Shown here: positions 26,769 to 36,872 of the stretch, one piece after another | How positions within the stretch are numbered: position 1 is the first letter of the stretch | How the letters are laid out: the number at the start of each line of letters is the position of its first letter | DNA from: Candidatus Bipolaricaulota bacterium | Lineage (GTDB): Bacteria > Bipolaricaulota > Bipolaricaulia > UBA7950 > UBA9294 | DNA: 64,000 bases | NCBI GenBank assembly: GCA_041302525.1 | Contig: JBFYQX010000052.1 | Coordinates: 1,518 to 65,517 of the forward strand | Direction of reading: 5' to 3' | Made by a program: the position numbers and the translations under genes | The notes under the pieces: generated by a model | What the model saw: only the letters and a program-made list of their open reading frames with translations | Told to the model about the DNA's origin: nothing | Databases searched by the model: none

Positions 26769-28235
26769 CTAGCTCTTCATCACGCCCACTTGGACGTTGC
26801 GGAACCTCGCCGGCGCTGCGCCGTGCCCGGTGTGGGCGACCTGGCCGGGCTGCCCTTTTCCGCAGTTCGGCGTTCCCCAGACGTGCCAGTGCTTGTCGCT
26901 GCAGATCGCGTCGCACCCCGCCCAGAACTGAGGCGTCATGCCGGTGTAGGTCGCGTTCTTCAGCATCTGACCCAGCTTGCCGTGCTTGATCTCGTAGGCC
27001 AACTCCGTGCCAAACTGGAAATTCAGTCGTTTGTCGTCGATCGACCAGCTCTTGTTGGTGACCATGTAGATCCCGTCGTCCGTGTCGGCAATCAGGTCCT
27101 CGAACGTCCACTCGCCGGGGAGCAGACTCACGTTGTTCATCCGGATGATCGGCGTGCGGTTCCACCCGTCGGCGCGCATGGCGCCGTTAGACCTCTCCGG
27201 CGCGTCCGGGTGCAGCTTGCGGAGCTGCTGCGCGGTCTCCCGCGACGTCAAGTACCCCACGAACTGCCCCTTCTTCACGATGTCCGTCCGCTGCGCGGGG
27301 ACGCCCTCGTCGTCGTACCCGTAGGTCCCCAGCCCGCCGGGCGTCACGGCGTCCGAGACGATGTTCACGAGGTCCGACCCGTAGCGGAAGCTGCGGTACT
27401 TCTCCGGGGTGAGAAAGCTCGTGCCGGCAAAGGCCGCTTCGGTCCCGTAAACGCGATCGAGCTCGATGGGGTGCCCGCACGACTCGTGAATCTGGAGCCC
27501 GAGCTGCGGCCCGTCGAGGAGGATGGTCTTGACGCCGCTCGGACACTGAGGCGCAGACACGAGGGCCACGGCTTCCTCGGCAATCCGCCGCGCGTTGCCG
27601 GGAAGATCCCACGTCTCGATGAACTCGTAACCTCCCGTCCCTTGGTGGCGCCCAAACGAGTTTGGGTAGGACCGTTGCTGCATCTCGCCTTCCGACACCG
27701 CCATCACGACGTTTCCGGCGCCGCTCTCGACGAGCGTCTGCTCAATGTAGCTTCCCTCCGTCGAGGCAAACGTCTTCGTCTCGCGTTGGAAGCCCAGGGT
27801 CCCCTCCACGACGCGCACGCCGGGCACGGCGCGGGCTTCCTTGTCCGCGCGGAGGAGGTAGTCGATCTTCGTCTCGAGCGAAATCCCGAACGGATCCTTC
27901 TCGACCGGCGTCTGGTAGCTGCCCACGTGGACTTCTGGCGGACCGAGATCGACGTCGACGTTCTTGCTGATCGCGCTCGCCTTGGCGATCGACACCGCAA
28001 GCGCGGCGACGCGGTCGATCTCCGCCTTGTCAACGCGGCTGGAGCTGGCGAACCCCCACGCTCCGTCGGCGATCACGCGCACGCCAAACCCGTAGCCGTC
28101 TCCCAGCGACAGGGTCTCGACGACGCCGTTCTTGGTCTCGAGGATCTGCGTCTCCCGGCGCACGATGCGGATGTCGGCGTAACGCGCTCCCTTGGCCCGG
28201 GCGACCTCTAGGGCACGATCTGTCAGCTCTCGCAT
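26769..28235 (-). CDS. tldD: TldD-family metalloprotease
   Basis: 488 aa from MRELTDRAL, with AAAGGAG upstream. Carries the HESCGH active-site motif and the C-terminal GxC motif. Confidence 0.85.
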   Translation of the reverse strand: MRELTDRALEVARAKGARYADIRIVRRETQILETKNGVVETLSLGDGYGFGVRVIADGAWGFASSSRVDKAEIDRVAALAVSIAKASAISKNVDVDLGPPEVHVGSYQTPVEKDPFGISLETKIDYLLRADKEARAVPGVRVVEGTLGFQRETKTFASTEGSYIEQTLVESGAGNVVMAVSEGEMQQRSYPNSFGRHQGTGGYEFIETWDLPGNARRIAEEAVALVSAPQCPSGVKTILLDGPQLGLQIHESCGHPIELDRVYGTEAAFAGTSFLTPEKYRSFRYGSDLVNIVSDAVTPGGLGTYGYDDEGVPAQRTDIVKKGQFVGYLTSRETAQQLRKLHPDAPERSNGAMRADGWNRTPIIRMNNVSLLPGEWTFEDLIADTDDGIYMVTNKSWSIDDKRLNFQFGTELAYEIKHGKLGQMLKNATYTGMTPQFWAGCDAICSDKHWHVWGTPNCGKGQPGQVAHTGHGAAPARFRNVQVGVMKS

Positions 28236-28259
28236 GGTTCTCCTTTCCCGGGACAAGCC

Positions 28260-29603
28260 CTACGCGGTCGTTCCGGTGAACCGGAAGTCACGGATCTTGA
28301 GGGCCGGCACGGTGGTGCCGAGCGCGTTCCAGTCGTCCTTGACGACCTTGAGCCGCGATCCGATGGCCTCTACGCTGGCCAGCGCCTCGAGGATGCTCTG
28401 CGTGAAGCGCAGGTTCTTGAGCGGGCGGGCCACTTTGCCCTTCTCGATGAGGAACGTGCCATCGCGCGTCATCCCGGTGATGAGCGTTTTCACCGGATGG
28501 AGAATGTTCGTGTAGTGGAAGCGCGTCACCCAGATGCCCCGTTCCGTTGACGCCAGCATCTCCTCCTTGGTCACGCGGCCCGGCTCCATGAACAGGTTGA
28601 TCGGAAGAGGGCCTTGCGTGTTCGGCGCCGGCAGGCTGTGCCCGGTCGACGTCTTGCCCGGCTCCTTCGCCGCGGTGGCGGAGTCGTAGACGACGTTCTG
28701 AGCGATCCCTTTGTCGATCAAGACAACCTTCTGCTTGGGAGTGCCTTCGAAGTCAAACGGCAGCGGCAGCCCGCGCGGGTCGAGTCCGTCGTCCCAGATG
28801 GTGATCTTCTCCCCCGTGACGCGTTGGCCGAGTCGCCCGCACATGAAGCTTCGCCCTTCCTGCATGGCGAGCGCACCCATGCCCATGTACCCGAGGAAGA
28901 ACAGCATGTCCGCGACGGCCTCCTCCTCAAGAATCACCGTGTACTCGCCGGGCTCGATCGCCGTCGGGTGACGCCCGGCGATCGCCTTGTCGATGGCCGT
29001 CTTGCCCACCGCCGCGGGATCGATGCGGGTCACGTCGATCGAGGCATCGGCGGCGTAACCGGAGCTGTCCTCTCCCATGATGACGGTCAGGATCGAGGCC
29101 ACGGTGCCGCGGTGGTAGGCCGCGACGCCGTGGGAGTTGGCGATGTAGATCTCCTGCTCCTCCGTGGCGAATGCGCCCGCCGCCTCCAGCCCGTGTGCGC
29201 GCGACGGGGCGAGGATCTTCTCCACGCCCAGCGCCCGATCCATCGGCGTGCATCGCGCGGTCGCCTCGATGTGCGCGCTCGCGGACTTCGCCGGCCTTGG
29301 CGTCGGCATCGGCGCAAGGTCGGGCACGCGCTCCTGGAAGCTCGCGATACGCTCCGCCGTCGCGATCAGCTTCTTCAGTCCCTGCTCTCCAAGGTCGTTG
29401 CCCGTCGCCACGCCGGTCCTGTGATCCGAGATCACGCGAACGCGCACTGTCGCATCTGACTCTGCCACGTTCTGATGGATCGTGTTCGTCGCAAAGCGGG
29501 TCAAGTACGAGTCGTTGCTCGTGATCATGACCTCCGCCTGCTCGGCGTTGGCCTCGCGCAGCACGCGTTGCGCGATGTCGGCTAGACGCTTCTCTCCTAG
29601 CAC
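28260..29603 (-). CDS. pmbA: PmbA/TldE-family protease partner
   Basis: A GTG start (VLGEKRLADIAQ) follows AAGGGGA. TldD/PmbA family throughout. It lies immediately upstream of tldD in the same orientation. Confidence 0.8.
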   Translation of the reverse strand: MLGEKRLADIAQRVLREANAEQAEVMITSNDSYLTRFATNTIHQNVAESDATVRVRVISDHRTGVATGNDLGEQGLKKLIATAERIASFQERVPDLAPMPTPRPAKSASAHIEATARCTPMDRALGVEKILAPSRAHGLEAAGAFATEEQEIYIANSHGVAAYHRGTVASILTVIMGEDSSGYAADASIDVTRIDPAAVGKTAIDKAIAGRHPTAIEPGEYTVILEEEAVADMLFFLGYMGMGALAMQEGRSFMCGRLGQRVTGEKITIWDDGLDPRGLPLPFDFEGTPKQKVVLIDKGIAQNVVYDSATAAKEPGKTSTGHSLPAPNTQGPLPINLFMEPGRVTKEEMLASTERGIWVTRFHYTNILHPVKTLITGMTRDGTFLIEKGKVARPLKNLRFTQSILEALASVEAIGSRLKVVKDDWNALGTTVPALKIRDFRFTGTTA

Positions 29604-29787
29604 GCTCCCATCCCCTTTCGGCGGTCCGCGGCGCGGCCGCTGTGTCGTCTCTCCAGAGGGTATCGATCGCCCGCAGTCTCCACAACAGGTTCCGTCCACG
29701 CCGTCGCTTGTGGGTCGCAGGATGCGGGCGTGAGGTTCACCGGGCAGAAAGGATGCTCCTCCGCCCGGCTCGCTCTATACTGGGCCG

Positions 29788-30469
29788 CGTGAAGATCCTC
29801 GTGGTCGATGATGAGGACTGGGTTCTCGACACCGTACGTCGGTACCTTGACCAGGCGGGTTTCGAGGTCTCTGCTGCTCGCGACGGTGCCGCGGCGCTCG
29901 AAGCCTTTGCCCGCGAGGCCCCGGACCTCGTGATCCTTGACTGGATGCTACCCAAGCTCGACGGACTGGCCGTCGCGACCCGCATCCGCGCGACGTCGCG
30001 GGTCCCGATCATCATGCTTACCGCGCGGGTCACAGAGCAGGACCGTTTGGCTGGATTCGACGCCGGGGTGGACGACTACGTCGTCAAGCCGTTCAGCGCG
30101 CGGGAACTCGAGGCGCGCGTGCATGCGGTGCTGCGTCGCGCCTCCGGCCGGGAGCCGTCGACGCAGGAGGCGGGTGACGTTCGCCTGGACCGCGAGCAAC
30201 GGCTGGTCTGGGCGCGAGGGCAGGTCGTCGAGCTGTCGGCCATGGGCTTCGATCTTCTCTCCTTCTTGATGGCCCACCCGGGCCGCGTGTTCACGCGCCT
30301 TGAACTCCTGGAAGCAGTGCGCGGCGAGGCATACAGCGGCTTCGAACGCTCGATTGACTCGCACATCAAGCGCCTCCGCCAGAGGATCGAGCGCGACCCC
30401 GCACACCCTACGTACATCCTGACAGTGTTCGGCGTGGGGTACCGTTTCGCGCGCCCGGAGGACGGATGA
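29788..30469 (+). CDS. OmpR-family response regulator (receiver domain plus winged-helix domain)
   Basis: VKILVVDDE...DLVILDWMLP...VVKPFSARELEARV, then a winged-helix C-terminus (...LTVFGVGYRF). GTG 29788. Confidence 0.85.
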
Positions 30470-31839
30470 GCCTCTCACCGCGACGGATGTCACTCCAGGC
30501 CAAGCTTCTGGCATCGTTCCTCGTCGTCATCCTCCTCGCCACCGCGGCGGGGTACTTGCTGATCAACCGCTCCATCACCCGCGCCTTCTCCGACTTCACG
30601 GGGCGCAGCTTCACCGTGCAGGATCAGATCGTCATCGGGCTGATCGTGCAGTACTACAACCGCACCGGGAGCTTCGACGGCCTGGTCGAGCTCTTGAGCC
30701 GCAGCCCGCGGGACCTCCCGATTCTGCTCGTGGATCCCGACCGAAAGGTCGTCTTCGCCCCCGACGAGCGCTTCGTCGGTCGAACGCTCAGCGAATCCGA
30801 TCTCGCGGGCGGCCAGACGATACGCCTGCCCGCCGGCGAGCTCTGGACCGTTGTTCCGTACCGCACGCTCGCCGGCCGGGACGCCCTCGAACACGCCTTC
30901 CTGCGCACGACCCAGACGGCCATGTGGCTGTCCGGCCTTGCGGCGGGCGGGGCCGCCCTTGTGCTCTCGCTCCTGCTCGTGCGTCAGACCACGAACCCGT
31001 TGCGCGAACTGGAAGCGGCATCGCAGCGCATCGCGCGCGGGCACTTCGACGAGCACGTGGAGGTGCGATCGTCCGACGAGGTCGGGCGCCTGGCCGGAGC
31101 GTTCAACGAAATGGCCAAGAGCCTCAAGGATTCAGAAGAAGGGAAGCGCCGGATGATTGCCGACATCTCCCACGACCTTCGCACGCCGCTCGCTGCGATG
31201 CGCTCGGGACTCGAAGGCCTGCGCGACGGGCTCGTCGCGCCCACGCCGGAGGCCTTCGCGGCGCTGCATGACCGCGTCTTGCTGTTGACGCGCCTTGTGA
31301 CCGATCTTCACCAGCTGGCGCTTGCCGACGCCGGGCAGCTGTCGATCGAGCGCGCGCCAACCGACCTTGCGGTGCTCGTGGGCGGCATCGTCGAGACCGT
31401 GGGATTTCAGATGGAAGACGGCGGGTTGGCGCTGGACACGGGGGTCGAACCCGGCCTGCCTCCCGTCCTGCTCGACGCGCATCGGATCGAGCAGGTGCTC
31501 CTGAACTTGCTGGCGAACGCGCTGCGTCACACGCCAGAGGGCGGACGGATTGAGCTCTGCGTCGAACGCACCGGCGAAGGCGAGATCGAGCTTCGCGTCG
31601 CCGACAGTGGACCGGGCATCCCGGTCGACGACCTCGAGCGGGTCTTCGACCGCTTCTACCGCGGCGACCCCTCGCGCGAGGGCGGCGGCGCCGGCCTCGG
31701 CTTGTCGATCGCGCGCGCTCTCGTCGAGGCACACGACGGCCGCATCTGGGCCGAGAACCGGCCGGAGGGGGGCGCGGTGTTCCGCGTTCGCCTGCCCGGC
31801 GGAGGGACACGCGCGGAAGACAGCGCCCGCCGCCCGTGA
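30466..31839 (+). CDS. Sensor histidine kinase (2 TM helices, HAMP, HisKA, HATPase_c)
   Basis: The ATGA overlap with the response regulator indicates coupling. H-box DISHDLRTPLAAM; G-boxes GGAGLGLSIA. Confidence 0.85.
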   Translation: MSLSPRRMSLQAKLLASFLVVILLATAAGYLLINRSITRAFSDFTGRSFTVQDQIVIGLIVQYYNRTGSFDGLVELLSRSPRDLPILLVDPDRKVVFAPDERFVGRTLSESDLAGGQTIRLPAGELWTVVPYRTLAGRDALEHAFLRTTQTAMWLSGLAAGGAALVLSLLLVRQTTNPLRELEAASQRIARGHFDEHVEVRSSDEVGRLAGAFNEMAKSLKDSEEGKRRMIADISHDLRTPLAAMRSGLEGLRDGLVAPTPEAFAALHDRVLLLTRLVTDLHQLALADAGQLSIERAPTDLAVLVGGIVETVGFQMEDGGLALDTGVEPGLPPVLLDAHRIEQVLLNLLANALRHTPEGGRIELCVERTGEGEIELRVADSGPGIPVDDLERVFDRFYRGDPSREGGGAGLGLSIARALVEAHDGRIWAENRPEGGAVFRVRLPGGGTRAEDSARRP

Positions 31840-31880
31840 GGGCAGCGGGCGTCTCGGCACAACCCAACGCAGATCCGCAG

Positions 31881-32789
31881 CTACGGCATCGCCGCGAGCT
31901 TCAGCTCGAGTACCTCCAGCAGGCGCACGAGCCACTGGGTGGACACGCCGACTGCTCGCTCCGTCTTCGCGACCGGCTTGTCCGGTGCAAGCGAGATGCT
32001 GCCTGCGTTCCAGACCATCTCACCCTTCGCCGGCGTCTCCGCTTGCTCCCGTCGTTCGCTTGCGGCGCGCATCCGTTGCATCGCCCGGGGCTCGAGGCCC
32101 GCGGACGCGTCGGCGAGACGATCGGCAAGGCGGTCGCGCAGCCGGTCGACGGCGGTGGCGATGCGCGCGCGGGCCGCCGCACCCGGCGTCTCGTCATCGG
32201 ACAGGTCCCACGCGACGATGCCTCGCCCTTGCGCCGCAACGCCGGCTCGGACCGCGCCGATCGCGATCGATGCCCGAAGCCCGCCTTGCCCGTCCACCCC
32301 GAGGGCTTGCCGCGCTGCCTCGTTGGCCGGCTGGCTCGCGCCCAGCGCGGCGCCGAACATCGGGAAGGACTCAAGCAGCATCTCTCCCTGCTTCATGGAC
32401 AGCGTCGTCTTGAGAACGTCAACCGCCCCGGCGGTCGCGTCGCGGAGCGCGGCCCGCGCGGCCTTCATGTCGCCTTCGAAGACCGCGACGCGCGCATCGA
32501 GTTCCGCGGCGGTGCCGCGAAAGGCGATCATCTCGTCCACAAACGCCGTCCGCTGGGTCTCGATCGCCGTGTGCCCATCGACGAGGCCGCGCAGGACGTC
32601 ACGCAGGGTCTCCATCTGAGCGCGTGAGAGCTCCAGCCGGTTCACGGCCACGAGGAGCGAGAGATTGCGACCGTCGCGGCCGGCGACGTTCTCCGCCTCG
32701 CCGGAGGTCATCTGGGTGCTCGCCGGGATCGCGGCGATCGCGCCCAGCACAACGAGGACCAACCCGACCCGCAACGCCTTTCGCTTCAT
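31881..32789 (-). CDS. Secreted/periplasmic hypothetical protein (302 aa with a signal peptide), possibly in the CpxP/Spy/ZraP-like envelope-stress family
   Basis: MKRKALRVGLVLVVLGAIAAIPASTQ is a signal peptide. The mature part is Ala-rich with repeated L-x-x-x-Q-like motifs. GGAGGGA lies upstream. The gene is divergent from the znuA-like gene and adjacent to the two-component system. Confidence 0.6.
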   Translation of the reverse strand: MKRKALRVGLVLVVLGAIAAIPASTQMTSGEAENVAGRDGRNLSLLVAVNRLELSRAQMETLRDVLRGLVDGHTAIETQRTAFVDEMIAFRGTAAELDARVAVFEGDMKAARAALRDATAGAVDVLKTTLSMKQGEMLLESFPMFGAALGASQPANEAARQALGVDGQGGLRASIAIGAVRAGVAAQGRGIVAWDLSDDETPGAAARARIATAVDRLRDRLADRLADASAGLEPRAMQRMRAASERREQAETPAKGEMVWNAGSISLAPDKPVAKTERAVGVSTQWLVRLLEVLELKLAAMP

Positions 32790-32929
32790 CTTGGATCCCT
32801 CCATCCTCGGATTACCAGAAGACCCTACCGGAATCCTGTGAATGGCGGCCCGCTCCCTTGTGTCAGGATTGTGAAGGCCGCCCGCGGTCGTGCGGTCGTC
32901 GGATAAGATGCAGAGGAGGAGGCGCTGCG

Positions 32930-33463
32930 ATGACCCCGAGATCCCTTGCGCTGGCTCTGTGCCTTGCGCTCGCCGCACCGCACGCGATGGGCGCCGCGGC
33001 ACCCGGGGTCCTCTGCTCGACAACGCTCGTCGGCAACGTGGTGCGTACCGTGGCGGGCTCGGCGCTGGAGGTTGAGGTCCTCCTACCCCCGAACGCAGAT
33101 CCGCACGCGCTTCAGCCGACGCCGACCCACGCACTGGCCAGCGAGACGGCTGACCCCTTGGTCCTGAGTGGCGCCGGCCTCGGGACCTTCCTCTTGCCGC
33201 GGCTCGCCGCGGCCCGCGGGCGCGCGGTCGACCCGTCGAGCGAGGTCAAGCTGGGTGCGGACGAGGAGCACGGCGTGGACCCGCACCTGTGGCTCGACCC
33301 GCGGAACGTGCTGGCCGAGCAGGTCGCGCGCGACACGGGCGCGCGCATCGTCTTCCTCTACACGGGCTCGCTCAGCGAGCCGGGTGGACCGGCGGACAAC
33401 TACGTGCGTCTGATGCGGTACAACGTCGAACAGCTCATCTCAGCCTTGGTACCCCCGCCATGA
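32930..33463 (+). pseudogene. znuA: ZnuA/TroA-like metal ABC substrate-binding protein with an in-frame internal deletion (177 aa, against about 300 expected)
   Basis: Signal peptide plus the N-lobe as far as HGVDPHLWLDP, then a direct jump to the C-terminal segment (...ARDTGARIVFLYTGSLSEPGGPADNYVRLMRYNVEQL). The central roughly 120 aa are absent. The reading frame is intact and its stop overlaps the znuC start. Confidence 0.55.
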
Positions 33464-34287
33464 CCCCGCACGCGATCGCCCCGCGCCGACGTCTCCGCAC
33501 CGCGCCGCATGATCCGAACGCACCGGCGATCGAGGCCGGCGAGCTCTCCGCCGACTACGGAGGCCGCGCGGCGCTTCGCGACGTCTCCTTCGCTCTGCGC
33601 GCCGGACAGCGGCTGGCCGTGGTCGGGCCGAACGGCGCGGGCAAGAGCACGCTGTTGCGGCTCATCGCAGGCCTGTTGTCGCCGACGGGGGGAAGCCTCC
33701 TCGTCCACGGGCACGCGCCGCAGGAGCACCTCTGCGTAGCGTACGTGCCGCAGCGCGCCGACGTCGACTGGCGCTTCCCGCTCCGGGTGACCGACGTGGT
33801 GCTGATGGGGCGAACCGGCCGCCTGGGCGCCCTGCGCAGGCCGCGACGCGGCGACCACGAGCTGGCCCGCGCGGCCCTCGACCGCGTCGGCTTGACGCCC
33901 CTTGCGAGCCGTCAGATCAGCGAGCTGTCCGGAGGCGAGCAGCAGAAGATGTTCATCGCCCGCGCCATCGCCCAGCAGGCCGAGTTGGTGCTCCTCGACG
34001 AGCCGCTGGCCGGGCTGGACATCCCGGCCGCCGCCGACGTCGTCGCTCTGTTCGCGCGGCTCGGCGGAGCCACGCTCGTCGTCGCGCTGCACGATTTGGC
34101 CATCGCCGCCGGGCACTTCGACCTGGTGCTCCTGCTGCGCCAGCGCATGATCCGTTTCGGCACGCCGAACGCGGCCTTCCAGCCCGAGGCCCTCGCCGAG
34201 GCCTACGGAGGCACGGTGCGAATGGTCGAGACAGGCAACGGCCGCCTGGTGGTGCAGGACGACGACTGCGCGAAGGACGGTGTCTGA
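33460..34287 (+). CDS. znuC: Metal (Zn/Mn) ABC transporter ATP-binding protein
   Basis: Walker A GPNGAGKST, signature LSGGEQQ, Walker B LLDEP. Confidence 0.85.
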   Translation: MTPHAIAPRRRLRTAPHDPNAPAIEAGELSADYGGRAALRDVSFALRAGQRLAVVGPNGAGKSTLLRLIAGLLSPTGGSLLVHGHAPQEHLCVAYVPQRADVDWRFPLRVTDVVLMGRTGRLGALRRPRRGDHELARAALDRVGLTPLASRQISELSGGEQQKMFIARAIAQQAELVLLDEPLAGLDIPAAADVVALFARLGGATLVVALHDLAIAAGHFDLVLLLRQRMIRFGTPNAAFQPEALAEAYGGTVRMVETGNGRLVVQDDDCAKDGV

Positions 34288-34289
34288 CG

Positions 34290-35141
34290 ATGCTCGCGTG
34301 GATCGCCGACCCTCTCGGATACGCATTCATGATCCGGGCGCTGGTTGCCTCCGTCCTGGTCGGCGGCCTGTGCGCGGTGGTCGGCACATTCGTCGTCTTG
34401 CGTTCGATGGCCTTTCTCGGGGACGCGATCGCCCACTCGGTCCTGCCGGGCGTCGCCACCGGGATGCTCGTCGCCGGGCGAGGTGATCGCCAGACCCTGT
34501 TCTGGTGGGCTCTCGGAACCTCGGTGCTCGTGGCGCTCGGCATCGGCTGGGTGAGCCGCCGCGAGCGTATCCGCGAGGAGACGGCGATCGGCATCGTGTT
34601 TGCCGGCACCTTCGCGCTGGGGATCGCGCTCTTGTCTCGGGTGCGCGGGTTCGCCGTCGATCTGGTCCACGTGCTCTTCGGCAACGTCCTCGGCGTGTCG
34701 ACAGGCGACCTCATCCTGATCGCCGCCTTCGGCGGCGGCGTGCTCCTGGTCATCCTGCTGCTCTACAAGGAGCTTCTCCTCGTGTCGTTCGACCCCACGC
34801 ACGCGCGCACCCTGCGACTCCCGGTCGCCGCGTACCGAAGCTTGACCCTCGTCCTCGTCGCCGTGACCGTTGTCGTGTCGCTGCAGGTCGTGGGACTGGC
34901 GCTGACCCTCGCGCTGCTCGTCGCGCCGCCTTCGACGGCCATGCTCTTCGTCCGCCGGGTGCCCGGCGTGATGGCCCTTGGCGCCGCCGTCGGCGCAGCA
35001 TCCGGCGTGGTGGGCCTCTACCTCTCGTACCACTTCGACCTCGCCTCCGGCGCGGCCATCGTCCTCGTCGCGATCGCCGTCTTCCTCGCCTCGCTCGGGG
35101 TGACAGCCGCCCGGCGCCGGATGCACAACGCGCGCTCGTAG
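34290..35141 (+). CDS. znuB: Metal ABC transporter permease (ABC-3 family)
   Basis: 283 aa with 8-9 TM helices, typical of ZnuB/MntB. Confidence 0.85.
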   Translation: MLAWIADPLGYAFMIRALVASVLVGGLCAVVGTFVVLRSMAFLGDAIAHSVLPGVATGMLVAGRGDRQTLFWWALGTSVLVALGIGWVSRRERIREETAIGIVFAGTFALGIALLSRVRGFAVDLVHVLFGNVLGVSTGDLILIAAFGGGVLLVILLLYKELLLVSFDPTHARTLRLPVAAYRSLTLVLVAVTVVVSLQVVGLALTLALLVAPPSTAMLFVRRVPGVMALGAAVGAASGVVGLYLSYHFDLASGAAIVLVAIAVFLASLGVTAARRRMHNARS

Positions 35142-35181
35142 CTGCTTGCGGCCTCGCGACGCCTCCGGTACCTTGAATCCC

Positions 35182-36081
35182 ATGGAGATCAGGATCGCGC
35201 GTGAGGCGGACCGCGAGAGAATCCTCGCCATCTCGGCTCAGGTCTGGGATGGGTACGACTACGTCCCTCGCGTGCTCGACGCGTGGCTGTCCGGCGAGGA
35301 CGGAGAACTCCTCGTCGCGCTGTTGGATGGGAGCGTGGCCGCCTTCTCTTACCGCACGTGGCTCGCGGAGAGGCACGCCTGGCTGCAAGGGATTCGCACC
35401 GACACGGCGCGGCGCGGGCGCGGCGCGGGACGCGCGCTGACCGAGGCGTCGCTCGAGCGGTCGTGGCGGGACGGAGCGCAGCGCATTGGCTTGTCGACCT
35501 ACCGCGACAACGCAGAGTCGATGCATATCGTGGAGGCGTACGGGTTCCGGCGCGTCGCGTCGTTCGTCTACCTCGAGGGAGACCTACCGGAGGGCGCCGG
35601 CCTCTCGAGCGGCACGATCCACGCTCTGCCAGAAGATGCCGCGATCCGCTTCGTCGCTGACTCCGACTACCTCGAGCGCGCCGGCGGCCGCTTCGCGCGC
35701 GACTGGAAGTTCCTGGCGTTTCGCTGGGCGCCCCGCGTGGCCCTCGGCTGGACGCCGTACCGCATCGGAGTCCTGCGCGACGGCGCGTGGGTCGCTGCGC
35801 TCTGCGCCTCGCCGCCCGCCGCACCGTCTGACGCGGCGTTTCTCACCTTCCTCGATGGCGACCCGGAGGACATGGCGGCGCTGCTTCGCGTCGCGCGCTC
35901 TGAGCTCGAGGCGGAGAAGTGGGAGGCAATGGTGCCGAAGGACGGCGAGCGCGATCGTGGGACGCTCGGACTCCTGCGCGAGCTGGGCATGCGTTCGTGG
36001 TCGGAGTTCGAGGACGACGTCTTCGTCTACGAGCTCGACCGGGAGAGCGCGGGCAACGGCCAGGCCGGGAGCGCGCCGTGA
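35182..36081 (+). CDS. GNAT-family N-acetyltransferase
   Basis: The N-terminal acetyl-CoA binding core (...IRTDTARRGRGAGRAL...) fits the GNAT fold. Confidence 0.7.
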   Translation: MEIRIAREADRERILAISAQVWDGYDYVPRVLDAWLSGEDGELLVALLDGSVAAFSYRTWLAERHAWLQGIRTDTARRGRGAGRALTEASLERSWRDGAQRIGLSTYRDNAESMHIVEAYGFRRVASFVYLEGDLPEGAGLSSGTIHALPEDAAIRFVADSDYLERAGGRFARDWKFLAFRWAPRVALGWTPYRIGVLRDGAWVAALCASPPAAPSDAAFLTFLDGDPEDMAALLRVARSELEAEKWEAMVPKDGERDRGTLGLLRELGMRSWSEFEDDVFVYELDRESAGNGQAGSAP

Positions 36082-36872
36082 GCCGCGCGCCGTGGACGCT
36101 GACCCCCGCCGAGCGGGCGCGTTACGCGCGCCACCTCGTTCTGCCCGACGTCGGGGAAGAGGGGCAGCTTCGTCTGAAGGCGGCGCGCGTCCTGATCGTC
36201 GGTCTCGGCGGCCTCGGCAGTCCCGTCTCGCTCTACCTGGCCGCGGCCGGGGTGGGGACCCTGGGGGTTGTCGACGCCGACCGCGTCGAGGTCTCGAACC
36301 TCCAACGGCAGGTCCTGTACGGAGAGCGGGATGCCGGGACCCCAAAGACCGAGGCGGCGCGGGCGCGGCTCGCGGACCTCAACGCGTCGATCCGCGTGGT
36401 CGCACACCCCGTGCGGTTCGCCGCGCCGAACGCTCGGCGCATCGCCGCGGACTACGATCTGATCGTCGACGGGACCGACAACCTCGCGTCGCGCACTGTG
36501 ATGAACGACGTCGCGCTCGAACTGGGGATCCCCTACGCCTACGGGGCGGTGTTTCAGTTCGAAGGGCAGGCGGCCCTCCTCTGCGCGCCGGGCGCCCCCT
36601 GCTACCGCTGCCTCTTCCCCACCACCCCGCCGCCGGAGTCGCTCCGCCCGGCCGAGGAGACCGGCATCCTGGGCGTCGTGCCCGGCGTGGTGGGCCTCCT
36701 GCAGGCGAGCGAAGTCCTCCGCTTCCTCGCGCGCTACGCGCCGGCGGACACGAGCCGTCTCCACCTCTACGACGCGCGACGGATCGAGGTCACGACGATC
36801 CCCATCCCGCGGGATCCCGCGTGTCCCGCCTGCGGACTCGGGCCGACTACACGGACGTCGTCTTCTCCGTGA
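36078..36872 (+). CDS. ThiF/MoeB-family E1-like adenylyltransferase
   Basis: Gly-rich nucleotide loop VGLGGLGSP, C-terminal CxxC pairs. GTG 36078 overlaps the GNAT stop (GTGA). Confidence 0.8.
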   Translation: MSRAPWTLTPAERARYARHLVLPDVGEEGQLRLKAARVLIVGLGGLGSPVSLYLAAAGVGTLGVVDADRVEVSNLQRQVLYGERDAGTPKTEAARARLADLNASIRVVAHPVRFAAPNARRIAADYDLIVDGTDNLASRTVMNDVALELGIPYAYGAVFQFEGQAALLCAPGAPCYRCLFPTTPPPESLRPAEETGILGVVPGVVGLLQASEVLRFLARYAPADTSRLHLYDARRIEVTTIPIPRDPACPACGLGPTTRTSSSP

